Positions 8,925-18,133 of a DNA stretch of 46,328 nucleotides are shown here, in pieces. The notes beneath the pieces are model-generated. The model did no database searches. It worked only from the letters and a program-made list of their open reading frames with translations, and was not told where the DNA came from. The stretch is from Candidatus Krumholzibacteriales bacterium. GTDB taxonomy: Bacteria; Krumholzibacteriota; Krumholzibacteriia; Krumholzibacteriales; WJIX01. The position numbers were made by a program, and so were the translations under genes. The DNA lies in assembly GCA_046483305.1 (NCBI GenBank), contig JAWODM010000023.1, positions 1 through 46,328 of the forward strand. Reading direction: 5' to 3'. How positions within the stretch are numbered: the first letter of the stretch is position 1; each line of letters starts with the position of its first letter.

Positions 8925-10007
8925 CTATTCAGCCGCTTCAACGGCTCCGAAAACCTTCGGTGTTGTAAACCTGTCTATAAGCGGGGTGACAGCGTTCATG
9001 ATCAGTATGGAAAAGCTGACCCCTTCCGGATAGGAACCGAACAGCCTGATCAGGACAGTTATCAGGCCGCATCCTACCCCGAATATGAGCATCCCGCTCC
9101 TGGTCACCGGGGATGTAACATAATCGGTGGCCATGAATATCGCCCCCAGGAAAACGCCCCCGGTAAGAATATGAAAGGTCGGGCCGGCATACTGAGCCGG
9201 ATCTATCAGGTGGAATATACCGGTCATTATCCAGACCGACCCTATGAAAGCAACCGGGATATGCCAGGAAATCACCTTCTTTATTATCAGGAAGATACCT
9301 CCGGCGAGAAGCAGTATTGCCGAAACCTCCCCCAGGCATCCGGGCTGAAGCCCCAGAAGGTAGTCGACCAGTTTTTCGCTTCCTGTATCTATATTTATAT
9401 ACCCCGCGTTCTGAAGCCCCTCTTTCAGCTCTCCCAGCGGCGTGGCGGTAGTAACCGCATCCGCGGCCCGGGGAGCTACCCACCTGGCGGTCATCTGAAC
9501 CGGAAAGGACATGAAGAGCACCGCCCGGCCCACCAGCGCGGGATTAAACAGATTGTACCCCAGGCCTCCGTAGAGCTGCTTGGCTATCACTATCGCGAAG
9601 AACGACCCGGTAACGATAAGCCACCAGGGGCTGGTGGAAGGGAGATTAAACGCCAGCAGAAGGCCGGTCAGCATAGCGCTTCCGTCCTTTACGGTAACCG
9701 GGCGTTTCATTATTCGCTGGGCTATTAATTCGAAGAGGATTGACGAGCAGACGGCGATGATGATAACCCGCAGCGCGGATAACCCAAAAACGTATATGGA
9801 GAAGATGGCCGCGGGAAGCAGCGCGTATACAACCAGCTTCATTATATCGCCGACATTTTCCCCCTGATGCAGATGTGGCGAGGAACTGACCAGAAACCTG
9901 CTTTCCGGATCCGGCTTTTTCTTCTTCCCGCCGGCGGCGGTTTTACCCTTACCGCTTCCGGTGCCGGTTTCTGATCTTTCTTTTTTATCTTTCCTTTCCT
10001 CTTCCAA
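8925..10007 (-). CDS. rnfD: Rnf complex subunit D (covalent FMN)
   Basis: SSSPH, AKQLYGGLGYNLFNPA, DAVTTATPL, FMATDYVTSP and SYPEG; TTG start with GGAGG RBS. Confidence 0.95.
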   Translation of the reverse strand: MEEERKDKKERSETGTGSGKGKTAAGGKKKKPDPESRFLVSSSPHLHQGENVGDIMKLVVYALLPAAIFSIYVFGLSALRVIIIAVCSSILFELIAQRIMKRPVTVKDGSAMLTGLLLAFNLPSTSPWWLIVTGSFFAIVIAKQLYGGLGYNLFNPALVGRAVLFMSFPVQMTARWVAPRAADAVTTATPLGELKEGLQNAGYINIDTGSEKLVDYLLGLQPGCLGEVSAILLLAGGIFLIIKKVISWHIPVAFIGSVWIMTGIFHLIDPAQYAGPTFHILTGGVFLGAIFMATDYVTSPVTRSGMLIFGVGCGLITVLIRLFGSYPEGVSFSILIMNAVTPLIDRFTTPKVFGAVEAAE

Positions 10008-10042
10008 AAGGAACCTCCAGACTGCAGTTCATCGTTGAGGAA

Positions 10043-11356
10043 TTATCCCCGGTTCTTCTTCCTTATCTCAGCCTTCGCCTTTCTGAAATGATGGACCATC
10101 GGCCTCATGGAGGGACACACATATGCGCAGCATCCGCATTCTATACAGTCCATCACATTGTATTCCCCGGTTCTATCGTAATCGGTTCTCTCTGCAAAGA
10201 TACTCAGCGCGGAAGGGTTCAGCCTCATCGGGCAGGCTTCCAGGCACCGTCCGCAGCGGATACAGGGGCCGTTCTCGAACTGCTTTACCTCATCCATGCC
10301 CAGAAGAAGTATTCCGCTGGTACCTTTGGTTACCGAAGAATCCAGCGAGTACTGGGCCACTCCCATCATCGGCCCTCCGCTGATTATCTTGACGGTATCC
10401 TCTTTCATGCCTCCGCAGAAATCCATGATATCCCCGAACCTGGCGCCTATCGGAACCAGGATATTACCCGGCTCCCTGATGCCGCTCCCGGTCACCGTGA
10501 CCACCCTTTCAACCAGGGGAATCCCCCTGGAAGCGGCCTGGTAGGCGGCAAAACAGGTACCCACGTTCTGAACCAGCGCTCCCACATCCATGGGCAGCCC
10601 CCCGGCGGGAACCTTCCTTCCGGTCAGTGCGTAGATGAGCTGTTTCTCGGCGCCCTGGGGGTAGATCACATCCATGCCCCGTACGCCGATATCCCTGTCC
10701 CGCACCAGTTCCTTCATCGCGGCTATGGCGTCAGGTTTGTTCTTTTCAATAGCTATCACTATATCTTCGGCTTCAATCGCCCGGGCGAATAGAATGGCGC
10801 CCTCCAGGATGCCGTTTCCCCGCTCCAGCATCAGGCGGTGATCGGCGGTAAGATACGGTTCGCATTCGACTCCGTTTATTATCAGTATATCTATATTCTT
10901 GTCCTCGGGAGGCATCAGCTTGACATGGGTGGGGAATGCCGCCCCTCCCATTCCGACTATGCCGGCATCTCTTACCAACTCGGGTATTTCTTCTTTCTTC
11001 AGCTCCGAACAGGGCCTTTCATCCCCTATGCCTTCCGCCCATTCCTGTTCCTGATCGGGGATTATAACCGCAGCCTCCATCTCCGCTCCGACCGGCGAAG
11101 GATACATCCCCACCGATTTGACCTCTCCCGAGACCGGCGAATGAACGTTGGCGGAAACGAAACCTCCGGCTTCCGCAATCAACTGTCCCTTCTTAACCTT
11201 ATCGCCCCGCTTGATTACCGGTTTTGGGGGAGCTCCCAGGTTCTGGTTGAGGTGCACGATAAGGCTCTCCGGCAGAGGCATTCTTCTGATGCCGCTACCG
11301 CTGGCTAACTCCTTGTTGTAGCTGGGATGAACACCTCCGAAGAAACCGGTTGCCAT
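10043..11356 (-). CDS. rnfC: Rnf complex subunit C
   Basis: FFGGVHP, GIVGMGGAAFPTHVK, NGVECEPYLTAD, YPQGAEKQL, GGPMMG and two 4Fe-4S motifs. Confidence 0.96.
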   Translation of the reverse strand: MATGFFGGVHPSYNKELASGSGIRRMPLPESLIVHLNQNLGAPPKPVIKRGDKVKKGQLIAEAGGFVSANVHSPVSGEVKSVGMYPSPVGAEMEAAVIIPDQEQEWAEGIGDERPCSELKKEEIPELVRDAGIVGMGGAAFPTHVKLMPPEDKNIDILIINGVECEPYLTADHRLMLERGNGILEGAILFARAIEAEDIVIAIEKNKPDAIAAMKELVRDRDIGVRGMDVIYPQGAEKQLIYALTGRKVPAGGLPMDVGALVQNVGTCFAAYQAASRGIPLVERVVTVTGSGIREPGNILVPIGARFGDIMDFCGGMKEDTVKIISGGPMMGVAQYSLDSSVTKGTSGILLLGMDEVKQFENGPCIRCGRCLEACPMRLNPSALSIFAERTDYDRTGEYNVMDCIECGCCAYVCPSMRPMVHHFRKAKAEIRKKNRG

Positions 11357-12198
11357 TACTGATCGCCTCCCTCTGAATCTCCCTCATCCTGCTCGCCGAT
11401 AAGCCTGGTACCCGGCGGCGCCACTCTTATCGCGCCGGTGGGGCACTCCTCAGCAACCTCTTCAGGTATCTCCTCCTGGTAATTCACCACTGCCAGAAAA
11501 TCGTCCATTTCAATAGCTCCCTCCGGAGCGGCCTTGACGCATTTCTGGCAGCCGATGCAGGCCACCCTGCATTTCTTTCTGGCCGGCCCGCCCTTGTCGT
11601 GAGAAGAACAGAGGACATGAAGGGTTCTTTCATAAGGCGCCAGCGAGATAATACCCTTGGGGCAGGTATCCACGCACTTGCCGCATCCGGTGCACTTTTC
11701 CGGGTCCACCACCGCTATTCCACGGCCGGTTATCTCTAAGGCGTCAAAGGGGCAGGCAGCCACGCAGGTTCCCAGCCCCAGGCATCCGTAGGAACAGGCC
11801 TTGTCTCCTCCGAACAGGATATCAGCGGAGGTGCAGTCATATATTCCATTATAATAGTATTTCTTCCGGGCTACGGAATTATCACCCGCGCAGTGAACCA
11901 CCGCCACTTTCTTCGCCGCCCCTCCGGAAAAATCGATATCCATTATTTCTGCAATCGCTCTGGCGGTCGAATCTCCTCCTACCGGGCAGGCATCTATATC
12001 AGCCTTGCCTTCAGCAATTCTATTTGCCAGCTCCGAGCAGCCGGGCAGTCCGCAGGCTCCGCAGTTGGCTCCGGGCAGGGCTTCTTCGACCTGCTCCGCC
12101 CTGGGATCCGTTTCAACCGCAAACACCCTGGCGGCGACAGCCAGGCCGAGACTGGCGATCAAGCCAAAGGCAGCTAAAGCTATTACCGCGCTGAGCAT
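11356..12198 (-). CDS. rnfB: Rnf complex subunit B (polyferredoxin)
   Basis: N-terminal TM helix, LPGANCGACGLPGC and several CxxCxxC ferredoxin motifs. Confidence 0.95.
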   Translation of the reverse strand: MLSAVIALAAFGLIASLGLAVAARVFAVETDPRAEQVEEALPGANCGACGLPGCSELANRIAEGKADIDACPVGGDSTARAIAEIMDIDFSGGAAKKVAVVHCAGDNSVARKKYYYNGIYDCTSADILFGGDKACSYGCLGLGTCVAACPFDALEITGRGIAVVDPEKCTGCGKCVDTCPKGIISLAPYERTLHVLCSSHDKGGPARKKCRVACIGCQKCVKAAPEGAIEMDDFLAVVNYQEEIPEEVAEECPTGAIRVAPPGTRLIGEQDEGDSEGGDQ

Positions 12199-12247
12199 AT
12201 TTAGATGACCCTTTCTTTAAACAATATGCCGGCCTTGAAAGTAAACT

Positions 12248-12829
12248 TCAGAGATTGACGAACCCGGCGAAACCCATAAATGCCAGAGACAGAATGCCGG
12301 CAGTTACCAACCCTATAGCTGTCCCCCTGAATGAATCCGGGGTTTCGCAAAGCTCTATTCTCTCTCTCATCCCGGCGAAAAGAATCATAGCCAGGGCAAA
12401 TCCCAGCCCCGCCCCAATACCGAAAACGGCGCTTTCGACGAAAGAAAAACCCTTCTGGATGTTGAGAACGGAAAGCCCCAGAACGGCACAGTTGGTGGTT
12501 ATCAGCGGCAGGTATATACCCAGCGCCCTGTAAAGGGCCGGGCTGATACGCTGGAGAGCCAACTCCACGAACTGCACCAGGCTGGCTATTACCAGTATGA
12601 ATGAAACCGTCTGAAGATACTCGAGCCCGTAAGGCCTCAGAACATAGTTGTATATTACCCAGGTGACTATTGAAGCCATGGTCATGACAAACAGCACGGC
12701 GCCGCTCATACCCGCCGCCGTGTCCAGCTTCCTGGAAACACCAAGAAACGGACAGATACCCAGGAATCTGTGCAGGACAAAGTTATTAACGAAGACCGCG
12801 CCGATTATTATAAGTATCAGTCTGGGCAT
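12248..12829 (-). CDS. rnfA: Rnf complex subunit A
   Basis: VNNFVLHRFLGICPFLGVS and LGIYLPLITTNCAVLG. Confidence 0.95.
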   Translation of the reverse strand: MPRLILIIIGAVFVNNFVLHRFLGICPFLGVSRKLDTAAGMSGAVLFVMTMASIVTWVIYNYVLRPYGLEYLQTVSFILVIASLVQFVELALQRISPALYRALGIYLPLITTNCAVLGLSVLNIQKGFSFVESAVFGIGAGLGFALAMILFAGMRERIELCETPDSFRGTAIGLVTAGILSLAFMGFAGFVNL

Positions 12830-12887
12830 CTGCTGTCTCCCGCCCTCTCCAGGCCGTTGTATTCATGCAGTTAAAATAAACGGCATA

Positions 12888-12916
12888 AACTTAATACAGC
12901 CCCGAAAAAAAATCAA
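12888..12916 (-). promoter_or_regulatory. Putative sigma70 promoter of the rnf operon
   Basis: Minus-strand TTGATT-N17-TAAGTT about 60 nt upstream of rnfA. Confidence 0.4.
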
Positions 12917-12947
12917 CACTTATCCTGACAGATTTCCCGGCCGGCTG

Positions 12948-14051
12948 TCAACAGATCTTGATTATTCTATTCACGAATTTGCCCACAGTGTTATCATCCA
13001 GAAAGGAATCGAACTGCCTTCTTGTTTCCGAAGTGTCATCCATGTTCAGGCCGGCTTCGATCTTTTCGGCCAGCCCCGCCGCATCCCCCGCCGGGCATGT
13101 CAGCAGTCCCTCTATCTTATCTATTCCACCGGCGCAGGTTGTGGATACCACTCTGCCGCACTGGCTCATCATCTGAAGCAGCACATTGGGGAACCCTTCC
13201 ACCAGGGAGGAAACCACGCACAGCCTGGCCTCTCTGAACCATACCACCGGATTGCTCACCCGGCCAGGAAGAATAACCCTGCCGGATATTCCCAGCCTGG
13301 AAGCTTTTTCTTCCAGACTCCCCCTCAGCTCTCCCTCTCCGAGTATTACCAGATTAAGTTGGGGATGGGAGGGCGCTATCCTGCTGAAAGCGTCTATCAG
13401 AATATCGAAACCCTTTATCCTGATCAGCCTGCCGGCTCCCACTATGTACTCCCCCGCATCTCTGACCGCGGCGGAAGGTTTTTCCGAAGCCATCCGCCTT
13501 ATATAATCAGGATCAACCGGGTTCCGCACCACCCTGATGTTCCAATTCCTGGAAAGGGGCAGGTAGCTCCACAGTTCGTCCCTCATCCGTTCTGTCTGGC
13601 AAATTACCAGGTCGGCGAACCGGTATCCCATCCGGTAATGCATTACGAAGATCAGCCTCTTCAACCCTTTGAACCTGGTTAATATGGTAGTCGATTCCCT
13701 TACCACCAGCTTTCCGGTCTTCAATACCCGGGCCCACCTGAGAAGGCCCAGAAAAGAATTGATATGAGTGTTGGATGAAAATGTATACCTGACCCGGCAT
13801 CTTCTTGATATCCGGAATATCCTTCTGACGATGAAGAACAACCCGCCCTTTTCCGACCAGGCGCGGGAAAAATGCATATTCAGATTATCCGGAACATCAT
13901 CCCAGTCATTGCCTTTTCTTCTGGTCAGAAAAACCGCATGCACCTCAAAACCGGTTCTGGAAAAATGAACCGCTATATTCCTGAGGTACTGCTCCGCGCC
14001 CCCCAGCCTGTCTCCGGGCAGAACCGTTATGATGGCGTCTCTCTTCTGCAT
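12948..14051 (-). CDS. Glycosyltransferase family 4 (GT-B)
   Basis: GGAEQ, GAGRLIRIKG, LGEGELR and SSLVEGFPNVLL. Confidence 0.9.
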   Translation of the reverse strand: MQKRDAIITVLPGDRLGGAEQYLRNIAVHFSRTGFEVHAVFLTRRKGNDWDDVPDNLNMHFSRAWSEKGGLFFIVRRIFRISRRCRVRYTFSSNTHINSFLGLLRWARVLKTGKLVVRESTTILTRFKGLKRLIFVMHYRMGYRFADLVICQTERMRDELWSYLPLSRNWNIRVVRNPVDPDYIRRMASEKPSAAVRDAGEYIVGAGRLIRIKGFDILIDAFSRIAPSHPQLNLVILGEGELRGSLEEKASRLGISGRVILPGRVSNPVVWFREARLCVVSSLVEGFPNVLLQMMSQCGRVVSTTCAGGIDKIEGLLTCPAGDAAGLAEKIEAGLNMDDTSETRRQFDSFLDDNTVGKFVNRIIKIC

Positions 14052-14058
14052 ATCCTGC

Positions 14059-15864
14059 TCAATTGTTATGAAGCCAGTTTATCAGGACCAGGACTCTGAA
14101 TATTCTGGAGCTGTGATTCCACTTTCCATCCAGGTGATCCTTCACAAATCCGATCACCGGCTCCGGCTTCAGATTGGGTATCTTCCTCAGGTTCTCCTCA
14201 TTAATATTATCCAGCATGAACTCTTTGAGCTCTTCTCTGAACCAGCTCGCCACCGGTACGCTGAACCCGGATTTCGGCCTGCCGAACAGCCGCGGCGGAA
14301 CATGCCTGAACAGGACATCCTTTAATATCCTCTTCTGATTACCGCTGCGGTACTTATAGGTGGTGGGCAGGCTGCGGGCGAACTCCACCACCCGGTAATC
14401 CATCAGGGGCGACCTCGATTCCAGCGAAGCTGCCATGCTGGCCCTGTCAACCTTGGTATTTATATCGCCGTTGAGATATGTTTTTATATCAAAATCGCTT
14501 ATTCTCTCAAGAAGAGGCTTTCCGCTGTAGAGCGCTTCGCTGTATTGAAAGTCGCGGGGAATTTCTTCAAGCCAGGATTTATTTATCCCGGTATAGTAAG
14601 TATAGTGAAATTCATTTATCCCCTTCAGCCTCAACCCGCCGGCGATGAGCCTGTGTTTATACAGCGGCGAAAGGTCCAGTATCAGGGCTGCGGCTTTTCT
14701 CACAGCAAGAGGCAGGGCGAACACCCAGCTTTTTCGAAGAGCATCCCGGTGAGAATGATACCCCAGGAAACTTTCATCCCCTCCGTCGCCGGAGAGAGCC
14801 ACGGTCACATATTCCCTGGCCCTGTCAGCCAGAATTATTGAGGGTATCGCCGATGAATCCGCAAACGGTTCGTGGTAGTAGCGGTGAAAGTTCCTTATTA
14901 TATCCAGGCCCCGGCCGTAATCGCATACTATTTCGGTGTGCTCCGAACCGATATGCCGGGCTACCTTCCCTGCGTATCTGCTTTCATCGAAACCCTCTTC
15001 GGTAAATTTAACCGAAAAGGTTCTTACCGGTTCCGGCGATTCAGCCTGTGCCAGGGCGGCAATGAGTGACGAATCGATCCCCCCGGAGAGAAATATCCCC
15101 AGCGGAACATCAGAGATCATCCTGCGTCTTACCGCGTCTTTCAGCAGTTCTTCAAGGTCATCTACGGCGGAGCGGTAACCGTCCCTGTAAATATTTTCCC
15201 AGCGGTAGTCCAGGTCCCAGTACTTCTTCTCCCGGAAGCGGCCGCTTCCCAGCTGATAGACGAAGCTGTGCCCGGCTCTTAACTTGCGTACTTCGCTGTA
15301 TATGGAATACGGTTCCGGGATATAGCCCCAGAGCAGGTATTCGGTAATGGACCGTTCGGATACCGAAAAGAGATTTCCGGCAGCCACCGAGTTAAGCTGA
15401 GAGGCGAATTCGAAATTTCCGCCGGACAGCGAGTAATACAGCGGTTTCTGGCCCAGACGGTCCCTCGCCCCGAAGAGATGGTTGCTATTGGAGTCGAAAA
15501 TGACGAACGCGAACATCCCGTTGAAACGCCTGACGCAATCCTGGCCGTATTCAAGGTATGCCGCGCAGATGACTTCCGTATCAGATTCAGTCCGGAAACT
15601 GTAACCGGCTCCTTTCAGCTCCTTCCTGATTTCCCGGAAATTGTAGATTTCGCCGTTAAATACTATGGAGATCCCGCGGTAACTGAATGGCTGGTTCGAC
15701 CGGGGATCCGGATCGATGATAGCCAGCCTGGTATGTCCCAGAGTTACGCCACCGTCCAGAGAGCGCCAGCCCCTGTAATCAGGCCCCCTGGAGCGCATCA
15801 GATCCAGTTTCTGCTCTATGATATTGTCCTGATAGTACTTGGTTGAACCGTATATCCCGCACAT
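14059..15864 (-). CDS. asnB: Asparagine synthase (glutamine-hydrolysing) family amidotransferase, probably glycan-modifying
   Basis: N-terminal MCGI (Ntn Cys), RGPD, FNGEIYN, ARDRLGQKPL, LSGGIDSS and LSGDGGDE. Confidence 0.9.
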   Translation of the reverse strand: MCGIYGSTKYYQDNIIEQKLDLMRSRGPDYRGWRSLDGGVTLGHTRLAIIDPDPRSNQPFSYRGISIVFNGEIYNFREIRKELKGAGYSFRTESDTEVICAAYLEYGQDCVRRFNGMFAFVIFDSNSNHLFGARDRLGQKPLYYSLSGGNFEFASQLNSVAAGNLFSVSERSITEYLLWGYIPEPYSIYSEVRKLRAGHSFVYQLGSGRFREKKYWDLDYRWENIYRDGYRSAVDDLEELLKDAVRRRMISDVPLGIFLSGGIDSSLIAALAQAESPEPVRTFSVKFTEEGFDESRYAGKVARHIGSEHTEIVCDYGRGLDIIRNFHRYYHEPFADSSAIPSIILADRAREYVTVALSGDGGDESFLGYHSHRDALRKSWVFALPLAVRKAAALILDLSPLYKHRLIAGGLRLKGINEFHYTYYTGINKSWLEEIPRDFQYSEALYSGKPLLERISDFDIKTYLNGDINTKVDRASMAASLESRSPLMDYRVVEFARSLPTTYKYRSGNQKRILKDVLFRHVPPRLFGRPKSGFSVPVASWFREELKEFMLDNINEENLRKIPNLKPEPVIGFVKDHLDGKWNHSSRIFRVLVLINWLHNN

Positions 15865-15979
15865 ATAATTTCCCGGCCGAATTAAAAGCTCATCTACGGC
15901 ATTTTACAGGCATCGCCGGATTATCTGAACCGGAACTTATCACACCCGGGCGGGAGCAACACCCTGATTGAGGTTCCGC

Positions 15980-18133
15980 TTATCCGGATTCCGGGTATTC
16001 CCTCTCCGGCTCACCCTTGTATTCAGCCTGGCCGAATACTATTCTTCTCATTCCCGGCTGGGTGATTATCTCCTCGAAGTAGTGGGCGGAGAGCCCGCAT
16101 ACCCTGCCGAAAACGAACAGAGCCTTGGCCAGCCTGGAATCGATTCCCATATCCGCGATAATCGCCCCGATCACTCCGTCCACATTAACCGGAAGGTCCA
16201 TCCCCTTTATCTCCTTGAAGAGACGGCGTACCATTCTGGACACGGTTACACAGTCGGAGCTTATCCCCAGCTGGTCGGCCCTCTCCCAGAGAGCGTCCCT
16301 TCTGGGATCTTCGGAGTGAATCCTGTGGCCCATCCCCTGAATACGCCTGCCCTCTTCTATGTAGGACTTAATAACCTTGCGGGTGGCGTCCTCCAGGTCC
16401 ATATCACCCCCGGCCTCCGCCTGCGAGCACTGGCGGAAGAAAGCCGCCGCCTTCTCGCCGGCTCCCCCGTGGACATCGGTGATCGCTCCGATCCCGTGCG
16501 AGACCGCCACCTCATAGTCGGCCCGGACCGAGGCGGCGATAAGGGTCGCCTGGGCTGAAGGCGGAGTAACCCCGTGATCGATAGAAGCCACTATCATCGC
16601 CTCTATCATGGAGGAGGCCTTTTCATCCTTCCTGCCCGTCACCGCCGCGCATACAAGCGCGGAGGCCGGCAGATCGGTGCCTGTATCCTTCAGCTGCTCA
16701 AGGTTACCCAGTATTTCCGCCAGGTAAGCGGTCAGCCTTCCCAGAGCATAGACAGTCTTTCTGGCATTGGCTGCTTCATCCTCCGGAGAGAAACAGTACA
16801 GGGATTCGTCGCAAAGCATATATTTAGCGAGCATCCTTGAAATATCCTCCCCCTCCATCACCGGCACTTCCGGCAGCGAAGTTCCCGCGGCCTTGAAGAA
16901 GAGGCTCTTCATGGCGGCGGCTGTCTCGGGGTCTGGAAGGTCGCCTTCTACTATCAGCCAGGCAGCTGAGATCAGGTCTCCCTTCCTGATGATATCCTGC
17001 AGCCTATACCCTCTAACCACCAGATTGTCAGGTTCGACTCTGGTTATCATGGTTCCCCAGGTTGGTTTTTTCATCGGCTCCTCCCATTTTTGTCTCATAC
17101 GCTTGAAATAACTTTCCGGATCGAAATATGTTCTTCCCCCGAGCTTATCCTTCACCGCTGTTATAAGATCGAACTGGCTGTTCACCACTTTCACGCCGGC
17201 CGACTCCAGGGCTTCTTTCTTCGACCTGTAAGTTCCGGTCTCCCTGCCCGGTGTTACTATAGCTCCCGCGTGCCCCATGGTCTTTCCCTCCGGGGCGTGA
17301 GCTCCGGAGATCAGGGCCACCACCGGTTTGGGATACTTTTCAGGATTTTCGCCGATATCCCGGGCCAGTTCCTCTTCCTGGCATCCCCCAATTTCCCCGG
17401 CAACTACCACCAGGTCTGTTTTCTCGTAACCCATCATCAGCGGAACCAGATCCTTGAAGGTAGAACCTATGGCGCCGTCTCCCCCCACCCCGATCACCGC
17501 ATTCTGGGATATCCCCGCACTGGCCATGGCGTCGGACATATGGTAGAGAATCGCCCCGCTTCTGGATATGATGGAAACCCCGCCCGCCCCGTAAACTCCG
17601 GGCTCCTTCTCCTCCGGCGCGAATATATCCGGCAGCATCCCGATCTTTATTCTTTCCGGGGGGAAAATAATACCCGGTGTGTTGCCTCCTATCAGCAGGG
17701 TATTATGCTCGCGGGCAGCCACCAGTATATCCCTTACATCCCTCAGGGGAATAAACTCAGTTATAAGCACCACCAGGGGCACTCCGGCCTCAATAACCTC
17801 CAGGGCCGCTTTCCCGGCGGTAGTGTAATGGCGCCAGATGCTGGCCGCGGCTATATCGGGATGTTCCTCCAGGGCTTCCGCGGCGGTGTTGTAAACCGGT
17901 ATGGTCTCCTGAACCCTGGCGCCCCCTTTGTTGGGTGCCACCCCGGCGGCCACCACGGTTCCAAACTCTTTCATCAGGCCGGCGTGTTTCCTTCCCTGCC
18001 GCCCCAGCCCCACTATCATGGTCTCCAGCCTGCCCGTTTTTCTTATTCTTTCGGCCAGCCGCGGCCTTATCTTTTCGATGATATAATAAAGCATACCCTC
18101 AGAGCTCTTGACCTTGTCGACCATCTCTATCAA
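15980..18133 (-). CDS. SucD-like CoA-ligase alpha domain fused to a citrate-synthase-fold/citryl-CoA-lyase-like domain (ATP-citrate-lyase alpha-type architecture)
   Basis: aa ~35-335 are SucD-like (GVAPNKGG, ITEFIP, GGNTPGII, SRSG, GGD, GEIGG, phospho-His motif MGHAGA at about His288). aa ~359-717 are CS/CCL-like (WGTMITRVEPDNLVVRGY, IDHGVTPPS, DVHGGAG, QGMGHRIH-DPR, VNVDG, GLSAHYFEE). TTG start overlaps the upstream stop (TTGA). Confidence 0.85.
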   Translation of the reverse strand: MIEMVDKVKSSEGMLYYIIEKIRPRLAERIRKTGRLETMIVGLGRQGRKHAGLMKEFGTVVAAGVAPNKGGARVQETIPVYNTAAEALEEHPDIAAASIWRHYTTAGKAALEVIEAGVPLVVLITEFIPLRDVRDILVAAREHNTLLIGGNTPGIIFPPERIKIGMLPDIFAPEEKEPGVYGAGGVSIISRSGAILYHMSDAMASAGISQNAVIGVGGDGAIGSTFKDLVPLMMGYEKTDLVVVAGEIGGCQEEELARDIGENPEKYPKPVVALISGAHAPEGKTMGHAGAIVTPGRETGTYRSKKEALESAGVKVVNSQFDLITAVKDKLGGRTYFDPESYFKRMRQKWEEPMKKPTWGTMITRVEPDNLVVRGYRLQDIIRKGDLISAAWLIVEGDLPDPETAAAMKSLFFKAAGTSLPEVPVMEGEDISRMLAKYMLCDESLYCFSPEDEAANARKTVYALGRLTAYLAEILGNLEQLKDTGTDLPASALVCAAVTGRKDEKASSMIEAMIVASIDHGVTPPSAQATLIAASVRADYEVAVSHGIGAITDVHGGAGEKAAAFFRQCSQAEAGGDMDLEDATRKVIKSYIEEGRRIQGMGHRIHSEDPRRDALWERADQLGISSDCVTVSRMVRRLFKEIKGMDLPVNVDGVIGAIIADMGIDSRLAKALFVFGRVCGLSAHYFEEIITQPGMRRIVFGQAEYKGEPEREYPESG

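Noticed and set aside
8550..9728. Long antisense ORFs (also 12648-13682, 17090-18235, 20281-21075, 39487-40671, 45186-45971)
   Set aside because: They are shadows of well-supported genes on the opposite strand and have no recognisable motifs.
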